Positions 42,769 through 54,074 are shown, numbered from the stretch's first letter. The stretch: 64,000 bases of DNA from an uncultured Phycisphaerales bacterium (GCA_963772725.1 CAVYYI010000004.1:332774-396773); one strand, 5' to 3'. The notes: generated by a model from the sequence alone, not told the origin. Made by a program: numbers and translations.

Positions 42769-44070
42769 ATGAGTAAACCAACTATTGTTATCACGCTACT
42801 GCTGGCAGTCCTGGCTCTAATAGTACCATTCGTACCCAGGAAGTATTTTATCGCAATTTATGTTTTTGCGGCATGCTTTATACCGGCTGACCAGAGAATT
42901 ATTCTGATGGGGCTGGATTTTACTGTCCTGAGAATACTTGTAGCCGTTGGAATCTTTCGCATTCTCGTTCGCGGCGAACAAAAACAGATTATGTGGAACA
43001 ATTTCGATAAGCTGGTTTTTGCCTGGATTTTCTGCGGTGCCATCATATACAGCCTCCAGTGGATGGATGCTAAAGCAGTTATTAACAGAAGCGGCGTATT
43101 ATTCGATGTCATAGGTCTGTATTGGCTATTCAGGCAAACCATAAGGTCGTGGTCTGACATAAAAGAGATGGCGATGATTTATGCCATTTGCGCATTGGTA
43201 ATGGTACCCCTTGTTGCCTTGGAATGGAATACAGGCCGTAACCCCTTTGCCTTTCTAGGCAGAGTTGCCACAGACGTTCGGCTTGAACGATACCGCTGTA
43301 ACGCCGCCTTCCCGCATTCAATTATGCTCGGATTATTCTGGGCTACGCTGGTTCCTCTGTTTGTTGGTTTTGCGAAAGCAGGACTCAATAAATCGCTGTT
43401 CTGGGCAGGTGTTTGTGCCGTCGCTTTTATTGTCGCGGCCACGGCTTCAAGTACTCCTGCCCTCGTATTAATAATCGTTGTTGCACTTACCGCTATGTAT
43501 GGCTTGAGGAAATATGTCGCCAACTTCGCATGGATTTTTTTGGTTTTATTGATTGTTCTGCATCTGTTTATGCAGGCACCAGTCTGGCATTTGCTGGCGA
43601 GAATAAATGTTGTTGCAGGTTCGACAGGCTGGTATCGCTTCTATCTTATTGACCAGGCCGTCAAGCATTTCAGTGATTGGGCAATTTTAGGCATAAAAAA
43701 TACCGGAAGCTGGGGCTGGGGACTCGAAGACCTTACAAACCAGTACATACTTGAAGCTACGCGAGGAGGATTGGTAACCCTTGCATTATTTCTGATAATG
43801 CTCTTTATTGCTGCTAACAGAGTTTGGAAAATGTGCATTCATGAAAAGCAGCCTCAAAAACGGTTTTTGCTTTGGTCGGTTTTTGTGATGCTGCTCGGCC
43901 ATTACGCTGCTTTCGGAGGCGTCTCTTATTTCGGTCAAATCACAATGTTATTATATATGGTTTTAGCGATGGTCGGTTTATTAATTGAGATGGAAACCGT
44001 TAGAAACCAGGTTCTTGTCCGCATGAAACGGGCATGGTTGAGAACGCGATTATCTGGTGCCAGGTCATGA
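42769..44070 (+). CDS. Wzy/O-antigen-ligase-like polymerase
   Basis: About 11-12 TM segments; R..AAFPHSIMLG; periplasmic loop STGWYR...DLTNQYI. Confidence 0.65.
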   Translation: MSKPTIVITLLLAVLALIVPFVPRKYFIAIYVFAACFIPADQRIILMGLDFTVLRILVAVGIFRILVRGEQKQIMWNNFDKLVFAWIFCGAIIYSLQWMDAKAVINRSGVLFDVIGLYWLFRQTIRSWSDIKEMAMIYAICALVMVPLVALEWNTGRNPFAFLGRVATDVRLERYRCNAAFPHSIMLGLFWATLVPLFVGFAKAGLNKSLFWAGVCAVAFIVAATASSTPALVLIIVVALTAMYGLRKYVANFAWIFLVLLIVLHLFMQAPVWHLLARINVVAGSTGWYRFYLIDQAVKHFSDWAILGIKNTGSWGWGLEDLTNQYILEATRGGLVTLALFLIMLFIAANRVWKMCIHEKQPQKRFLLWSVFVMLLGHYAAFGGVSYFGQITMLLYMVLAMVGLLIEMETVRNQVLVRMKRAWLRTRLSGARS

Positions 44071-44159
44071 ATAATTTATATTCAGCAATTTTAAACTTTT
44101 AACTTTTAGTTCTAAACTCGTAAACTGGCCAACGGCCAGTGTGAGTAAGGGGGTGCCTC

Positions 44160-45253
44160 ATGATTTACTACAATAATCAACTGCTTGTTTCGCCGTCAGT
44201 TGCCGAAACGGAAATACCAGATTCCAAGTCCCAAATTGATACTAATATAACCGCGGTGATACTGGCTGGAAGCCGAGATTTCGGACGCTCGAGCTGGCCT
44301 CAAAGTTTCCGCCAGCGCTGTGGCCCATTATTGACAGACCGGTAATATGCCGGTTGCTGCAGAACCTCGCTCGTCAGGGAATTCACAAGGCGATTATTTG
44401 CTGTAACGGAAATAGACCTTACTTAAAACATATTCTCTCAATGGTCAATTCTATGGAATTATCATTTTCCGATGAGCAGTTTCCATCAGGAACCGCGGGT
44501 TGTATAAGGGATTCGGCCAAATCCAGTTCTGACGATATGTTCCTGGTTTTATCTGCTCAGACCATTGTTCTGCCCGATATACAGGCTGTTATAAATGACC
44601 ACAAAAAAAGACATTCCGATTTGACCGTGCTTTTTTGTCAGGACACTTTAGGCACTGCATCAAGAGCGCAGTTTTATCTGTGTGACAGAGCGATTATTAA
44701 ACACATACCGTCCAAAGGATATTTTGATATTAAAGAAAGTCTGATACCGGAGCTTTTTCGCGAAGGTAAAAAAGTAACCGCGACAAAATTACTTCTTCCA
44801 ACGCTGTCATTTCGAAATCGCGCAGAGTATTTAAATGCCATTTGGCAGTACCTTGCTAACGGCGGTACGGAAGATTTTGCTCTCGAACATTGGAATGGCA
44901 GAGGTACCAGCGATGTTGTGATTGCCGCCGATGCCGCAGTTGACTCTACGGCGAGGATTTTCGGCCCTGTAATTGTTATGAATGAAAGCGTCATATCGGA
45001 AAAGGCAGTAATTTTTGGGCCCGCGGTAATAGGAAGAAAAGTTTATATCGGCAGTAATTCACTTGTCGAAAAAAGTGTGCTGTGGGACGGCTCGAGTATA
45101 GGTAATGATTGTCTTATTACCAATTGTGTGGCTGACTGCTATGTTTCAATATCCTCGGACAGCGTCGAAACAAACAAAGCATTAGTTCTTGATTCCCACG
45201 ATTTTACCGCAAATATCAGGACGGTTTTTCAGTCTGCTCTGTCGCCGGCTTAA
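44160..45253 (+). CDS. NDP-sugar pyrophosphorylase-like protein (GMPP family, with left-handed beta-helix); frameshift ~44288
   Basis: AVILAGSRDFGR joins ELASKFPPALWPIIDRPV; PSGTAGC motif; hexapeptide repeats. Confidence 0.7.
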
Positions 45254-45311
45254 AGAACCGTTAATAGTAAGAACAGATTAAAAATCATTTATTTAATGGA
45301 GGTACACGAAA

Positions 45312-47563
45312 ATGGAAAGTATGGAAAAATACATAAACAAACAGTCATTGGTGGAATTTGACAGTCTTTTTGACACTTCCACAGAAGAAAGGAATCCGGG
45401 CCCAAATTTATTCACCATACTGCTGAAACGATGGAAAATGGTGTTGCTGATTTTTTGTATTGTCTCTGCCGCAGGAATCCCGATAATCTGGTTCACCGTA
45501 AAACCTTTCTATATGGCCACTGCCGCAATCAGGGTATCGCCCGTCATATCGAGTATTCTCTCCGGCGGCCAGCAGGGACTGCCTATGTACCGCAGCTTTA
45601 CTTCTACTCAGGCAGAACTCATTACCAGCGACAAAATGCTTCAAAAAGTCGCAGAAGACCTCGCTGATAAAGGAGTTATTTTCCATCGTGATGCGAAGAG
45701 TTTATTCGAAGTGATTAAAAGCGAAGGTCAACTTCCTCAAACTGTTGATACTGTTTCGTCGCTGCGATCTGCCGTCCTTGGCAAAAAGCTTATCGTTTCC
45801 TCAGATGGAGATACCGAATTGATAAAAATTGCGATGAAAGGCGATGATCCCGAAAAAACTGCCGAAATTGCCAATGCTTTCGTTCGGGTTTATATGACAG
45901 TTGCCGCCTCAGACGAGATAAAAAGCAGCGAACTGCAAATGGCCACGCTGGAAAAAGAGCGTAAATCCCTCGAAGATGAAATCAAAACCCATAATGCATC
46001 GCTCTATGATTTGGCGCAGCAATATGGCACTTCCACATTGACCGGACGCCAGGAAATAATTATGAACCGTGTCGCGAAATTGCAGGAAAAACTCACCGAA
46101 TTTGAAATGGATAAAATTGCGCTCCAGGTTAAGATTAATTTGCTTCAAAATAAAAAAGTAAAGGCAGATGTTCCTAAAAACCCCGAGAAATTGCATTCCG
46201 ATTTTGTAAACGCCGACCCCGTAGTTCAGGCGCTGTCGGAAAATGTCGCTAAACTGGAGCAGGAACTTGTTGTCGCCAGAGAACAAATGGTTTCCACCAA
46301 CCCTAAACTTATAAGAAAAGAAGCGGTATTAGATGCTCTTAAACAGCGGCTTGAAGAGCGTCGCAAAGAGGCCGCTGTCTCACAGGTGCAGGAATCAAAT
46401 ATAGACGAAAAGGAGTCACAACATGCTGATAGTGAAAAACTTCATCAGTTGACAGTAACTGAAAAACAGATTCGGGACCTTCTGGCTAAAGAGGACGCCA
46501 ACAATATCGAGCTTGGACGAAAGCAATTGGCTATTCAGGATGCGCAAAGCCGTCTCAATCTTTCAAGGGAACTTCACGATACCGTCCAGCGACGCATCAA
46601 AGAGCTGGAGATTGAAAATAAGCAGCCTGCAAGAATCTCCGTCGCGTATTATGCGAATACCGTTCCCTATCAGGATAATCGCAAAAAATATTCCATGGTT
46701 CTGGGAATGTTTGCGATGATGTGCGGAATGGGTTTGTCCCTGCTTAGAGACAAGTTTGACCTCAGTGTAAAAACGCCTCAGGACATGATAAAACACGTCG
46801 ATGTCAGAATCCTCGGCACTACAACCAGCGGAAAAACAATTAATAAATCATTAAGGCCGAGGAGCTCGATGAGGACTATCAGGCAATTTGTGCTAACCTC
46901 GGATTGAATAACGGCCAGGGAATGCCCCATTCAGTTGTAATAACCAGCCCATGCCCGAGAGAAGGAAAAACTACTTTGGCTATCAATTTAGCTTCTAATC
47001 TGGCAAAACTGGGCAAAAGGGTACTGTTAATTGACGGCGATTTAAGAAAGCCGGAAGTCGCGGGTATAATGAACCTTAATCACAGGGGACTGGGATTACA
47101 GAGCTTTATGTCAGGGGCAAGATTTGAAGATGCGGTTTCTGCTACCGATATACCGGGACTGCTCGTATTAAAGGCTGAACCCTGCGAAGCAGCGGGTATT
47201 TATCGTTTGATAGACCAGAGCAGAACCGCTAAATTCATCGAAAAAGCAAGGACCGTCTTTGACCATATCATAATTGATTCTCCGCCGATACTCGTGGCTG
47301 TGGATCCTCTTATTTGGGCGAAAATGGCGGACGGCATTGTTTTGACCAGCCTGGCAGGGCGAACGAAAGCCGCAGATTTAAAAGAAGCTATGACGCGCTT
47401 AAAACAGGTTAACATTAAGGTCTTTGGCGCCGTTCTGGCGAATGTTCCGTCGCATTCTACATATCATCCGTACGGCTATGGAGTTTATGTAAAATCAATA
47501 GTCGCACAAACCGATAAATCGTCGAAAAACTCTGTGAGCGCATTTCCGGCCACGACAAAATAA
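45312..47563 (+). CDS. wzc: Polysaccharide co-polymerase/BY-kinase; frameshift ~46860
   Basis: TM, coiled coil, TM, then ELDEDYQAICANL, TSPCPREGKTT, IDGDLRKP, IIDSPP and a Tyr-containing tail. Confidence 0.85.
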
Positions 47564-47594
47564 ATTTCATATTTTGTGAAGATGAATAAACACA

Positions 47595-49343
47595 ATGATA
47601 AACAGACATATAATAGCTGTCCACAATCGCTTTATTGCCGCGCAAGACCGTCCGCTGCTGCTGCGCATAGCAGAGGTAAGCAAAACAACTGCTAATATAC
47701 TTTTTGAGGGACTGAAAAAATTTTATGCGTTCACTCCTGATAAGGAAATAACGTTTATAATGCCTGAATCGCTGCAGTCACGATTGTTTATGCCGCATCC
47801 TCAAATATATTATGACGATAACTGTTTTGTGATGGAAAATAAAATAGCCGACAGAAAAGATTCATGGCTTATTATCTCCAATGGCAGTTGTATTACGCTT
47901 GTCAATCCATCCGTAATTGGAAACGTGATTAATAAAAGCGTCGCGGATTTGATTACAATTAATGTTGACCCGACTTTAAAATCAAACCGGGAAATAGCAA
48001 GAGTTACCTCGCGGGGTGAAGTAATTGGTATCAGGCAGGTATTTTCTGACTCGCTTATGCCTGACTATTTTCCCTCCTCCTGGCCTAATCACACACTCGT
48101 AAGAATTAGCGCCTTGAATAAAATCCCAAATATTGAAAAATTGCCTTTACACTTCAGTTCTTTTTTAAAACTATGCGTTTCTAATTCCCTTACCATGCAG
48201 GCATTAAAAATAGGCGGTTCTGTACTTGATTTGGAGACAGAAGCCGGCTTGCTGGATTTTATCGCCATTTGCCTCAGTTCTAACGGCTTCTATGTGCATA
48301 AAGGCGGTACTGTCTGTCTCAATCAGAAATGTTTTCCTGATACATCCAGGATTTCTTCTTCTGCGCGTTTTTATGGACATGTTGTTCTCGGCGAAAATGT
48401 TCAGGTCGATGATAGCGCGATTATTGTAGGCCCTTCGGTCATCGGAAATGACGCACGAATATATCCATCAGCGACAGTGTACGCCTCGATTATTTGCCCG
48501 GGTGTTTCCATACCACCTGATTCAGTGATTAAAAGACGAATTATTGACCTGCCGCAATCGCAAATGTTACAGCATAGTCCCCCCAGTCTTAACGGTGCTG
48601 ATGCCTCAAAGGATAATACACACTGCATTATTAGTTTGACAGACAAGTCAACCGCCGAAAGTTTCAGAACTTGGCCGTTGCTCTCTTACGCCAGGTTTGG
48701 CAAGCGGTCTATTGATTTTGTCCTTTCCCTGCTTGCCCTGTTGTTGCTTATTCCTGTTTTTGCCGTTATAGCTGTAGTCATCAAAATTGCCTATCCAGGC
48801 CCGGTATTCTTCAAACACAAGCGACAGGGCTTCCACGGCAGAGAATTTCATTGCCTCAAATTCAGGACTATGATTACCGGTGCCGATGAACTTCAGGAAA
48901 AACTCAGATTTAAAAATGAAGTGGACGGCCCGCAGTTCAAACTCGAAAAAGACCCAAGAGTAACACGAATCGGAAACTTTCTCAGGGATACTTATCTCGA
49001 TGAATTGCCCCAGTTGTTTAACGTAATTTCCGGGCAAATGAGCCTCATTGGCCCCAGGCCATCACCGCGAGAGGAAAATTGTCTTTGTGCCTGCTGGCGC
49101 GATGCCAGGCTCTCTGTCAGACCCGGGATTTCAGGCCTCTGGCAGATTTCCAGAACACGCAAAAGCGGCCAGGATTTCCAGGAATGGATTCACTTCGATA
49201 TTGAGTATGTTAAAAATATGTCGTGGCGGCAGGATATGCTCATCTTTGCCAAAACTCTAAAGGAACTCATTACTAACTTTTTTAGACGCTGCGCCAGACT
49301 TTTAACTCGAATTGCAAAGCTTCCGTCAATTTTGCATTTTTAA
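47595..49343 (+). CDS. Priming sugar (phosphoglycosyl) transferase with N-terminal NTP-transferase-like and beta-helix domains
   Basis: C-terminal KRSIDF...KFRTM...DPRVTRIG..LR...LDELPQL.NV..G.MSLIGPRP; hexapeptide repeats upstream. Confidence 0.88.
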   Translation: MINRHIIAVHNRFIAAQDRPLLLRIAEVSKTTANILFEGLKKFYAFTPDKEITFIMPESLQSRLFMPHPQIYYDDNCFVMENKIADRKDSWLIISNGSCITLVNPSVIGNVINKSVADLITINVDPTLKSNREIARVTSRGEVIGIRQVFSDSLMPDYFPSSWPNHTLVRISALNKIPNIEKLPLHFSSFLKLCVSNSLTMQALKIGGSVLDLETEAGLLDFIAICLSSNGFYVHKGGTVCLNQKCFPDTSRISSSARFYGHVVLGENVQVDDSAIIVGPSVIGNDARIYPSATVYASIICPGVSIPPDSVIKRRIIDLPQSQMLQHSPPSLNGADASKDNTHCIISLTDKSTAESFRTWPLLSYARFGKRSIDFVLSLLALLLLIPVFAVIAVVIKIAYPGPVFFKHKRQGFHGREFHCLKFRTMITGADELQEKLRFKNEVDGPQFKLEKDPRVTRIGNFLRDTYLDELPQLFNVISGQMSLIGPRPSPREENCLCACWRDARLSVRPGISGLWQISRTRKSGQDFQEWIHFDIEYVKNMSWRQDMLIFAKTLKELITNFFRRCARLLTRIAKLPSILHF

Positions 49344-49383
49344 CTCTGATTTTTACACTCTCAAACTGCGGAAAGGCATCTAT

Positions 49384-49779
49384 ATGTTACAAGTTGATAA
49401 TGACAAGAACAAAAATCCCGAAACACCATCCCATGGATTGCGAATGGCGGGCATATTCGATGAAAGCCATTGGCATTTTGTAAAAACTCGATACAAAATG
49501 GGACTTAGAGAGGTGCAGGTGGCTATCCTCGTCTGCAGAAATTTCGATAACAGGGAAATAGCTCAGGCGCTGAGAGTTGAACAAAGCACTGTCAAAACCC
49601 ATTTGCGAAACATTTACCGCAAAACCGGCGTCAACAGCAGGCTTGCACTTCTCCTGAGATTCATAGAGGATATTAAAGATTCCGGCCTGGCCGCCAAATC
49701 ACCATCCTCTCCTATTAACATAATAGAATTAAAACCAAAATCTTCACCTGCACAGGAAGAAGTTAAGAAAAAACTATAA
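49384..49779 (+). CDS. Stand-alone LuxR-type HTH regulator
   Basis: ATG 49384; REVQVA...NREIAQAL.VEQSTVKTHLRNIYRKTGV. Confidence 0.85.
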   Translation: MLQVDNDKNKNPETPSHGLRMAGIFDESHWHFVKTRYKMGLREVQVAILVCRNFDNREIAQALRVEQSTVKTHLRNIYRKTGVNSRLALLLRFIEDIKDSGLAAKSPSSPINIIELKPKSSPAQEEVKKKL

Positions 49780-50098
49780 TATTTTCTCAAGTTGACTGAC
49801 TTTTTGCTTTGTAATCGGCAAAAATATTTATATTATTTTCGTAACTATAGTATTGACAAGAAGTTATGTTTTCTGGCCAACGACAAAACTTTTGTTTTTG
49901 AACATTTTGTATGCTGTCGTAACCTCTTATAAATAAATATCTTATATAAAACCCAGTCAACTTGAGTATTTTCTATTATGAATGTGTAAACATAAGCCTG
50001 CCGATCATCCAGCGGCAAACTTTGCGTTGTTCCTACCGCATGCGCCTTCAAGTCGTAAAACGCACCCCGCGTTAATCTGGTTTATTCCGCCTTAATAT

Positions 50099-50127
50099 TT
50101 GACACTGCTGCTTATTTTAGCTAAAGT
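50099..50127 (+). promoter_or_regulatory. Sigma70-type promoter for mscS
   Basis: TTGACA-N17-TAAAGT. Confidence 0.55.
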
Positions 50128-50187
50128 ACAATGTAAAAGGTATGAGAATGCGATGTTCTTATAGAGACAATTAAGGAGATAAGAAAA

Positions 50188-51243
50188 ATGATTTTAAGCT
50201 TTCATCTAATGGATATAAATGTTTTTGAGGTAATCATACCTTTGATAATCGCCTCGGTAATTCTGGTCGTCGGATTCATTGCAAGAAAGATTCTGTTCAA
50301 AAGTCTTTGCTGCTGGGCCAAAAACTCGAAAACCCAAATCGACGACATTTTCTGCGAATCGATTAAGACCCCTTCAATCCTGTGGCTTATTATGCTGGCC
50401 ATATACGGAGGCATTGCGTTCTCACGTCTCTCTGAAAAAACCGTCTCCAACGTCGGAAAGATTCTTTTCGTACTTGGCGCATTATCGGTAACGCTTGTTG
50501 CGGCAAACCTTCTGACTAAAATGTTAAAGGTCTATTCAAACAAGGTTGCACCCGGTGTGCAGGGGATATCCCTGACGGAAAATATTGTGCGAGTTGCCGT
50601 TATTGTTGTCGGTGTGCTGGTCATTCTTAATAGTCTGGGTGTTGAGATAACCCCAATTCTTGCGACGCTCGGTGTAGGCGGTCTGGCTGTGGCATTGGCG
50701 CTGCAGGACACACTGTCGAATTTATTCGCCGGTTTTCACATCAGCCTAAATAAAATGCTCCGGGTCGGCGATTATGTAAAACTTGAGACGGGCGAAGAAG
50801 GATACGTAATTGACATCACCTCGCGGACCACAAAGATAAAAATGCTTTCGAACAATGTTATTTTAGTTCCCAATGCCAAGATAACGCAGACAATAATTAC
50901 CAATTACTATTATCCTGACAAAGCATTGGCTGTACTTGTAAAAGTCGGAGTACATTACAACAGCAATCTTAAAGAGGTCGAAAGGATAACCTGTGAAGTG
51001 GCCAAAGAAATAATGCAGGAGGTGACTGGCGGTATTCCTGAATTCGAGCCTTTTATCCGGTATAATGAATTTGCCGATTTCAGCATTAATTTTAACGTTA
51101 TTATGCGTGCAAAGGAATTTGTTGACCAGCATCTGATAAGACATGAGTTCATCAAGAGACTTCACGACCGATATAATAAAGAAGGTATTGTGATTCCGTA
51201 CCCGATAAGAGCGGTTAACTACGAGCAGGAAGGAGCTAAATAA
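50188..51243 (+). CDS. mscS: Small-conductance mechanosensitive channel (MscS family)
   Basis: LGVGGLAVALALQDTLSNLFAG, RVGDYV, VPN motifs. Confidence 0.92.
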   Translation: MILSFHLMDINVFEVIIPLIIASVILVVGFIARKILFKSLCCWAKNSKTQIDDIFCESIKTPSILWLIMLAIYGGIAFSRLSEKTVSNVGKILFVLGALSVTLVAANLLTKMLKVYSNKVAPGVQGISLTENIVRVAVIVVGVLVILNSLGVEITPILATLGVGGLAVALALQDTLSNLFAGFHISLNKMLRVGDYVKLETGEEGYVIDITSRTTKIKMLSNNVILVPNAKITQTIITNYYYPDKALAVLVKVGVHYNSNLKEVERITCEVAKEIMQEVTGGIPEFEPFIRYNEFADFSINFNVIMRAKEFVDQHLIRHEFIKRLHDRYNKEGIVIPYPIRAVNYEQEGAK

Positions 51244-51284
51244 TACTACATCATAAACCAACGCTATTTTTCACAATTTAGTAT

Positions 51285-51313
51285 TTGACGATGCTGTTGA
51301 TGTGTGTTAATCT
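51285..51313 (+). promoter_or_regulatory. Sigma70-type promoter that places the transcription start at the riboswitch 5' end
   Basis: TTGACG-N17-TAATCT; predicted TSS ~51320. Confidence 0.6.
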
Positions 51314-51321
51314 CTGCATAA

Positions 51322-51371
51322 GGGTGTGAAGCGAAGGTCTCTTCACAGGTATTCGGGATGGTCGGGCCGCC
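51322..51371 (+). ncRNA. Probable nhaA-I motif (Li+/Na+-sensing) riboswitch
   Basis: GGG-TGTGAAG-loop-CTTCACA-GGT-N9-GGTCGGGCCGCC matches the nhaA-I consensus as I recall it; downstream CGCCTCCT is complementary to the RBS AGGAGGCG. Confidence 0.7.
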
Positions 51372-51406
51372 TCCTCAAATTTCTTTGGAAACTTAAGGAG
51401 GCGACT

Positions 51407-51757
51407 ATGCCGGAATTGAAGAAAGAAATATATTCAGAAAATAGTAAACAGGGCAGTGGTCTATGTATATTGCTGCGTATTTTTTGGATGGTGTTCGGTA
51501 ACTTGATTCTTTTTTTAATCGCATTCACAATCTACGAAGACAAAAAGGCGGTCTTGAATCTCAGGGACGGTATTTACTGGATAATAGTTCTTCTGTTAAT
51601 AATTGTCAGGTATATAGACATCAAATATTTGGATGGATTGACTGCAATGGGTAGCCCTGCTTCAATGTCTCATTGGTATCGCTATGTTGTTGGTTTAGTA
51701 ATATGCACAGGACTGCTTTGGGGATTAGCTCACCTGTTGAATTATTTTACCGCTTAA
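51407..51757 (+). CDS. Uncharacterised 116-aa membrane protein (three TM segments) downstream of the riboswitch
   Basis: AAGGAGG RBS, ATG 51407, three hydrophobic segments. Confidence 0.75.
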   Translation: MPELKKEIYSENSKQGSGLCILLRIFWMVFGNLILFLIAFTIYEDKKAVLNLRDGIYWIIVLLLIIVRYIDIKYLDGLTAMGSPASMSHWYRYVVGLVICTGLLWGLAHLLNYFTA

Positions 51758-51818
51758 ATCAATGACATTTATTGAATAATTTCATTAAGTTTTTAAGGCA
51801 GTCAGAAAGCAAGCCAAT

Positions 51819-54055
51819 ATGAAAAGAATATTATTATTCGTTTTGCCTGTGCTGATAATAGCCGCATCTGTGTGGATAATCTTCGGAGTTATCCAGGTCA
51901 GAGCGCAGGAAAAAAATTTGATGGACGAACTGAAAAGCAGAGCAAAATCTGTCGCAGAAGGCGTTGAAGCTGGGGCTCGATTATATACTGAAAAATAATG
52001 ATGCAAAAGGAGCGGCAAAACTTGTTGAAAGGTTCCAGAGCAGAGTAAGATTCCAGGGCTGTGCCATTTATAAAGCTGATGGTGATTTGTTCGCTGTTAC
52101 AGAACGCATCTCCGATTGGAAGCTCAAAGATAAAGCGTATATTAAAGAAATTGAGCAAAATAAAATAGCAGTCGGAAAATTTCAGAAATTAGAAGATTAT
52201 CCCATTTACAGCTATATCGTGCCGGTCATCGGCGATGGAAACGATACCCTCGGCGCCGTTGAGGTAATCTATGACACTTCGTATATATTCTCAAATCTGG
52301 CCGAATTATGGAGACGAGTAAGTTTATCTCTCGTCATAATTATTGTTTTGATGTTATTCGTAATGCTTCTTTTACGAAGACAGTTATTTGTTATTCCTGT
52401 AATGCAGCTCACAGAGTGGTTTAAGCATTTTCAAAAAGGTGAAATTAACATCCCTGCGCCTGGTGTGAAAAGCGATGAACTCGGTAAATTAGCCAGCGAG
52501 GTTGAACAGATTGCCTTAAATCTGCGCGTCGCAAGAAAGGCTGTTTCAGAGGTCGCCGCCCACCGTATCGAAAAAGAAGATTTATGGACTCAAACAAAAC
52601 TTCACAATCTCATAAGGCGCAAAACTTGGCGATAATTCTCTGTTTGTTATATCGAACCGTGAACCATATATGCACATTTTCGATGAAAGCAGCGGAACCG
52701 TTAAATGCATACGTCCTGCCGGTGGTGTCGTTACCGCCATAGACCCCATATTACGCGCCTGCGGAGGTACATGGATTGGGCATGGAGCCGGGAATATGGA
52801 TAAAAAGTTTGTCAATTCACAGGACAGACTCGGTGTCCCGCCCGGCGACGACAGATATATTCTAAAAAGAGTCTGGCTCTCAAAGCAGGAGGAAGACGGC
52901 TACTACTACGGTTTTTCCAACGAGGGCCTTTGGCCTCTTTGTCATATCACATATGTTCGGCCTATTTTCAGAGAAGCTGACTGGCAAATGTATAAAGCCG
53001 TCAACCAGAAATTTGCAGAAAGCGTCTTAAAAGAGCTTCCAAGCAAGAATCCTTTTGTGTTTATTCAGGATTACCATTTTACCCTTTTACCAAAGCTTAT
53101 AAAACAACAGCGCCCCGACGCGATATGCGCACTCTTTTGGCATATCCCCTGGCCCAATCCCGAAGTTTTCGCGATATGTCCCTACTACGCCGAAATACTC
53201 GAAGGCATGCTCGGCTGCGACCTCATCGGCTTCCAGACACAGTTCAACTGTAATAACTTTCTCGAAACCGCCAACCGCCTCCTTGAATCACGCATTGATA
53301 CCGAAAAATTCTGCGTCATACGCGCAGGCAGTGAAACTTCCGTAAAAGCCTTCCCCATAAGTATTAATTATACCGATAACGGCAAAATAACAGACGATGA
53401 AAAAAAACAAATCGAAAAAATAAAAAAGGAATATTCACTCGAAGGAAAAATTATAGGCGTTGGAGTCGAAAGGATTGATTACACCAAGGGCATAAAAGAA
53501 CGAATACTCGCTATAGACAGGCTCCTTGAAAAATATCCCGAATATAAGGAGCGTTTTGTTTTTGTCCAGATTGGTTCCCCCAGCAGAACTCATATCAAAA
53601 GCTATCATGATTTATTAGCTGAAATTGATGACATAGTGGAAAAAAAGAATTGGAAATATTCCGACGCAGGATGGAAACCTATAATTTATCTAAAACGTCA
53701 CTTCTCCGCCGAGGAAATAAAACCCTTCTATCAAATGTCTGATTTTTGTATCGTCAGTTCCCTCCATGATGGAATGAATCTTGTTGCCAAGGAATATGTC
53801 GCCGCCCGGAGTAATAACGATGGCGTACTCCTTTTGAGTTCCTTCACCGGTGCCGCCAGGGAACTTGCCTCCGCCGTTCAGATAAATCCCTATGATATAG
53901 AAAGCTTCGCTGACGCTATCAAATTAGCCATTGAAATGCCGCAAGATGAAAAACAAAAAAGAATGGAAGCTATGCGTAAAACCGTCAGGGAAAACAATGT
54001 CTATCGCTGGGCCGCAAATATTATTACCGAATTAACCTCGCTAAAGAAAATTTAG
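51819..54055 (+). CDS. otsA: Trehalose-6-phosphate synthase (GT20) with an N-terminal TM-sensor-TM-HAMP module; frameshifts ~51965 and ~52615
   Basis: MKRILLFVLPVLII joins ORF 51964 (TM plus HAMP: IPVMQL...SDELGKLA), which joins AKLGDNSLFVISNREPY and ORF 52670 (AGGVV, QDYHF, ERIDYTKG, DGMNLVAKE). Confidence 0.85.
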
Positions 54056-54074
54056 TTTTGTCTGAAAGGCTATT

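Noticed and set aside
51326..51406. GTG-initiated N-terminal extension of the small membrane protein
   Set aside because: It overlaps the riboswitch-like leader, and a strong RBS precedes ATG 51407.
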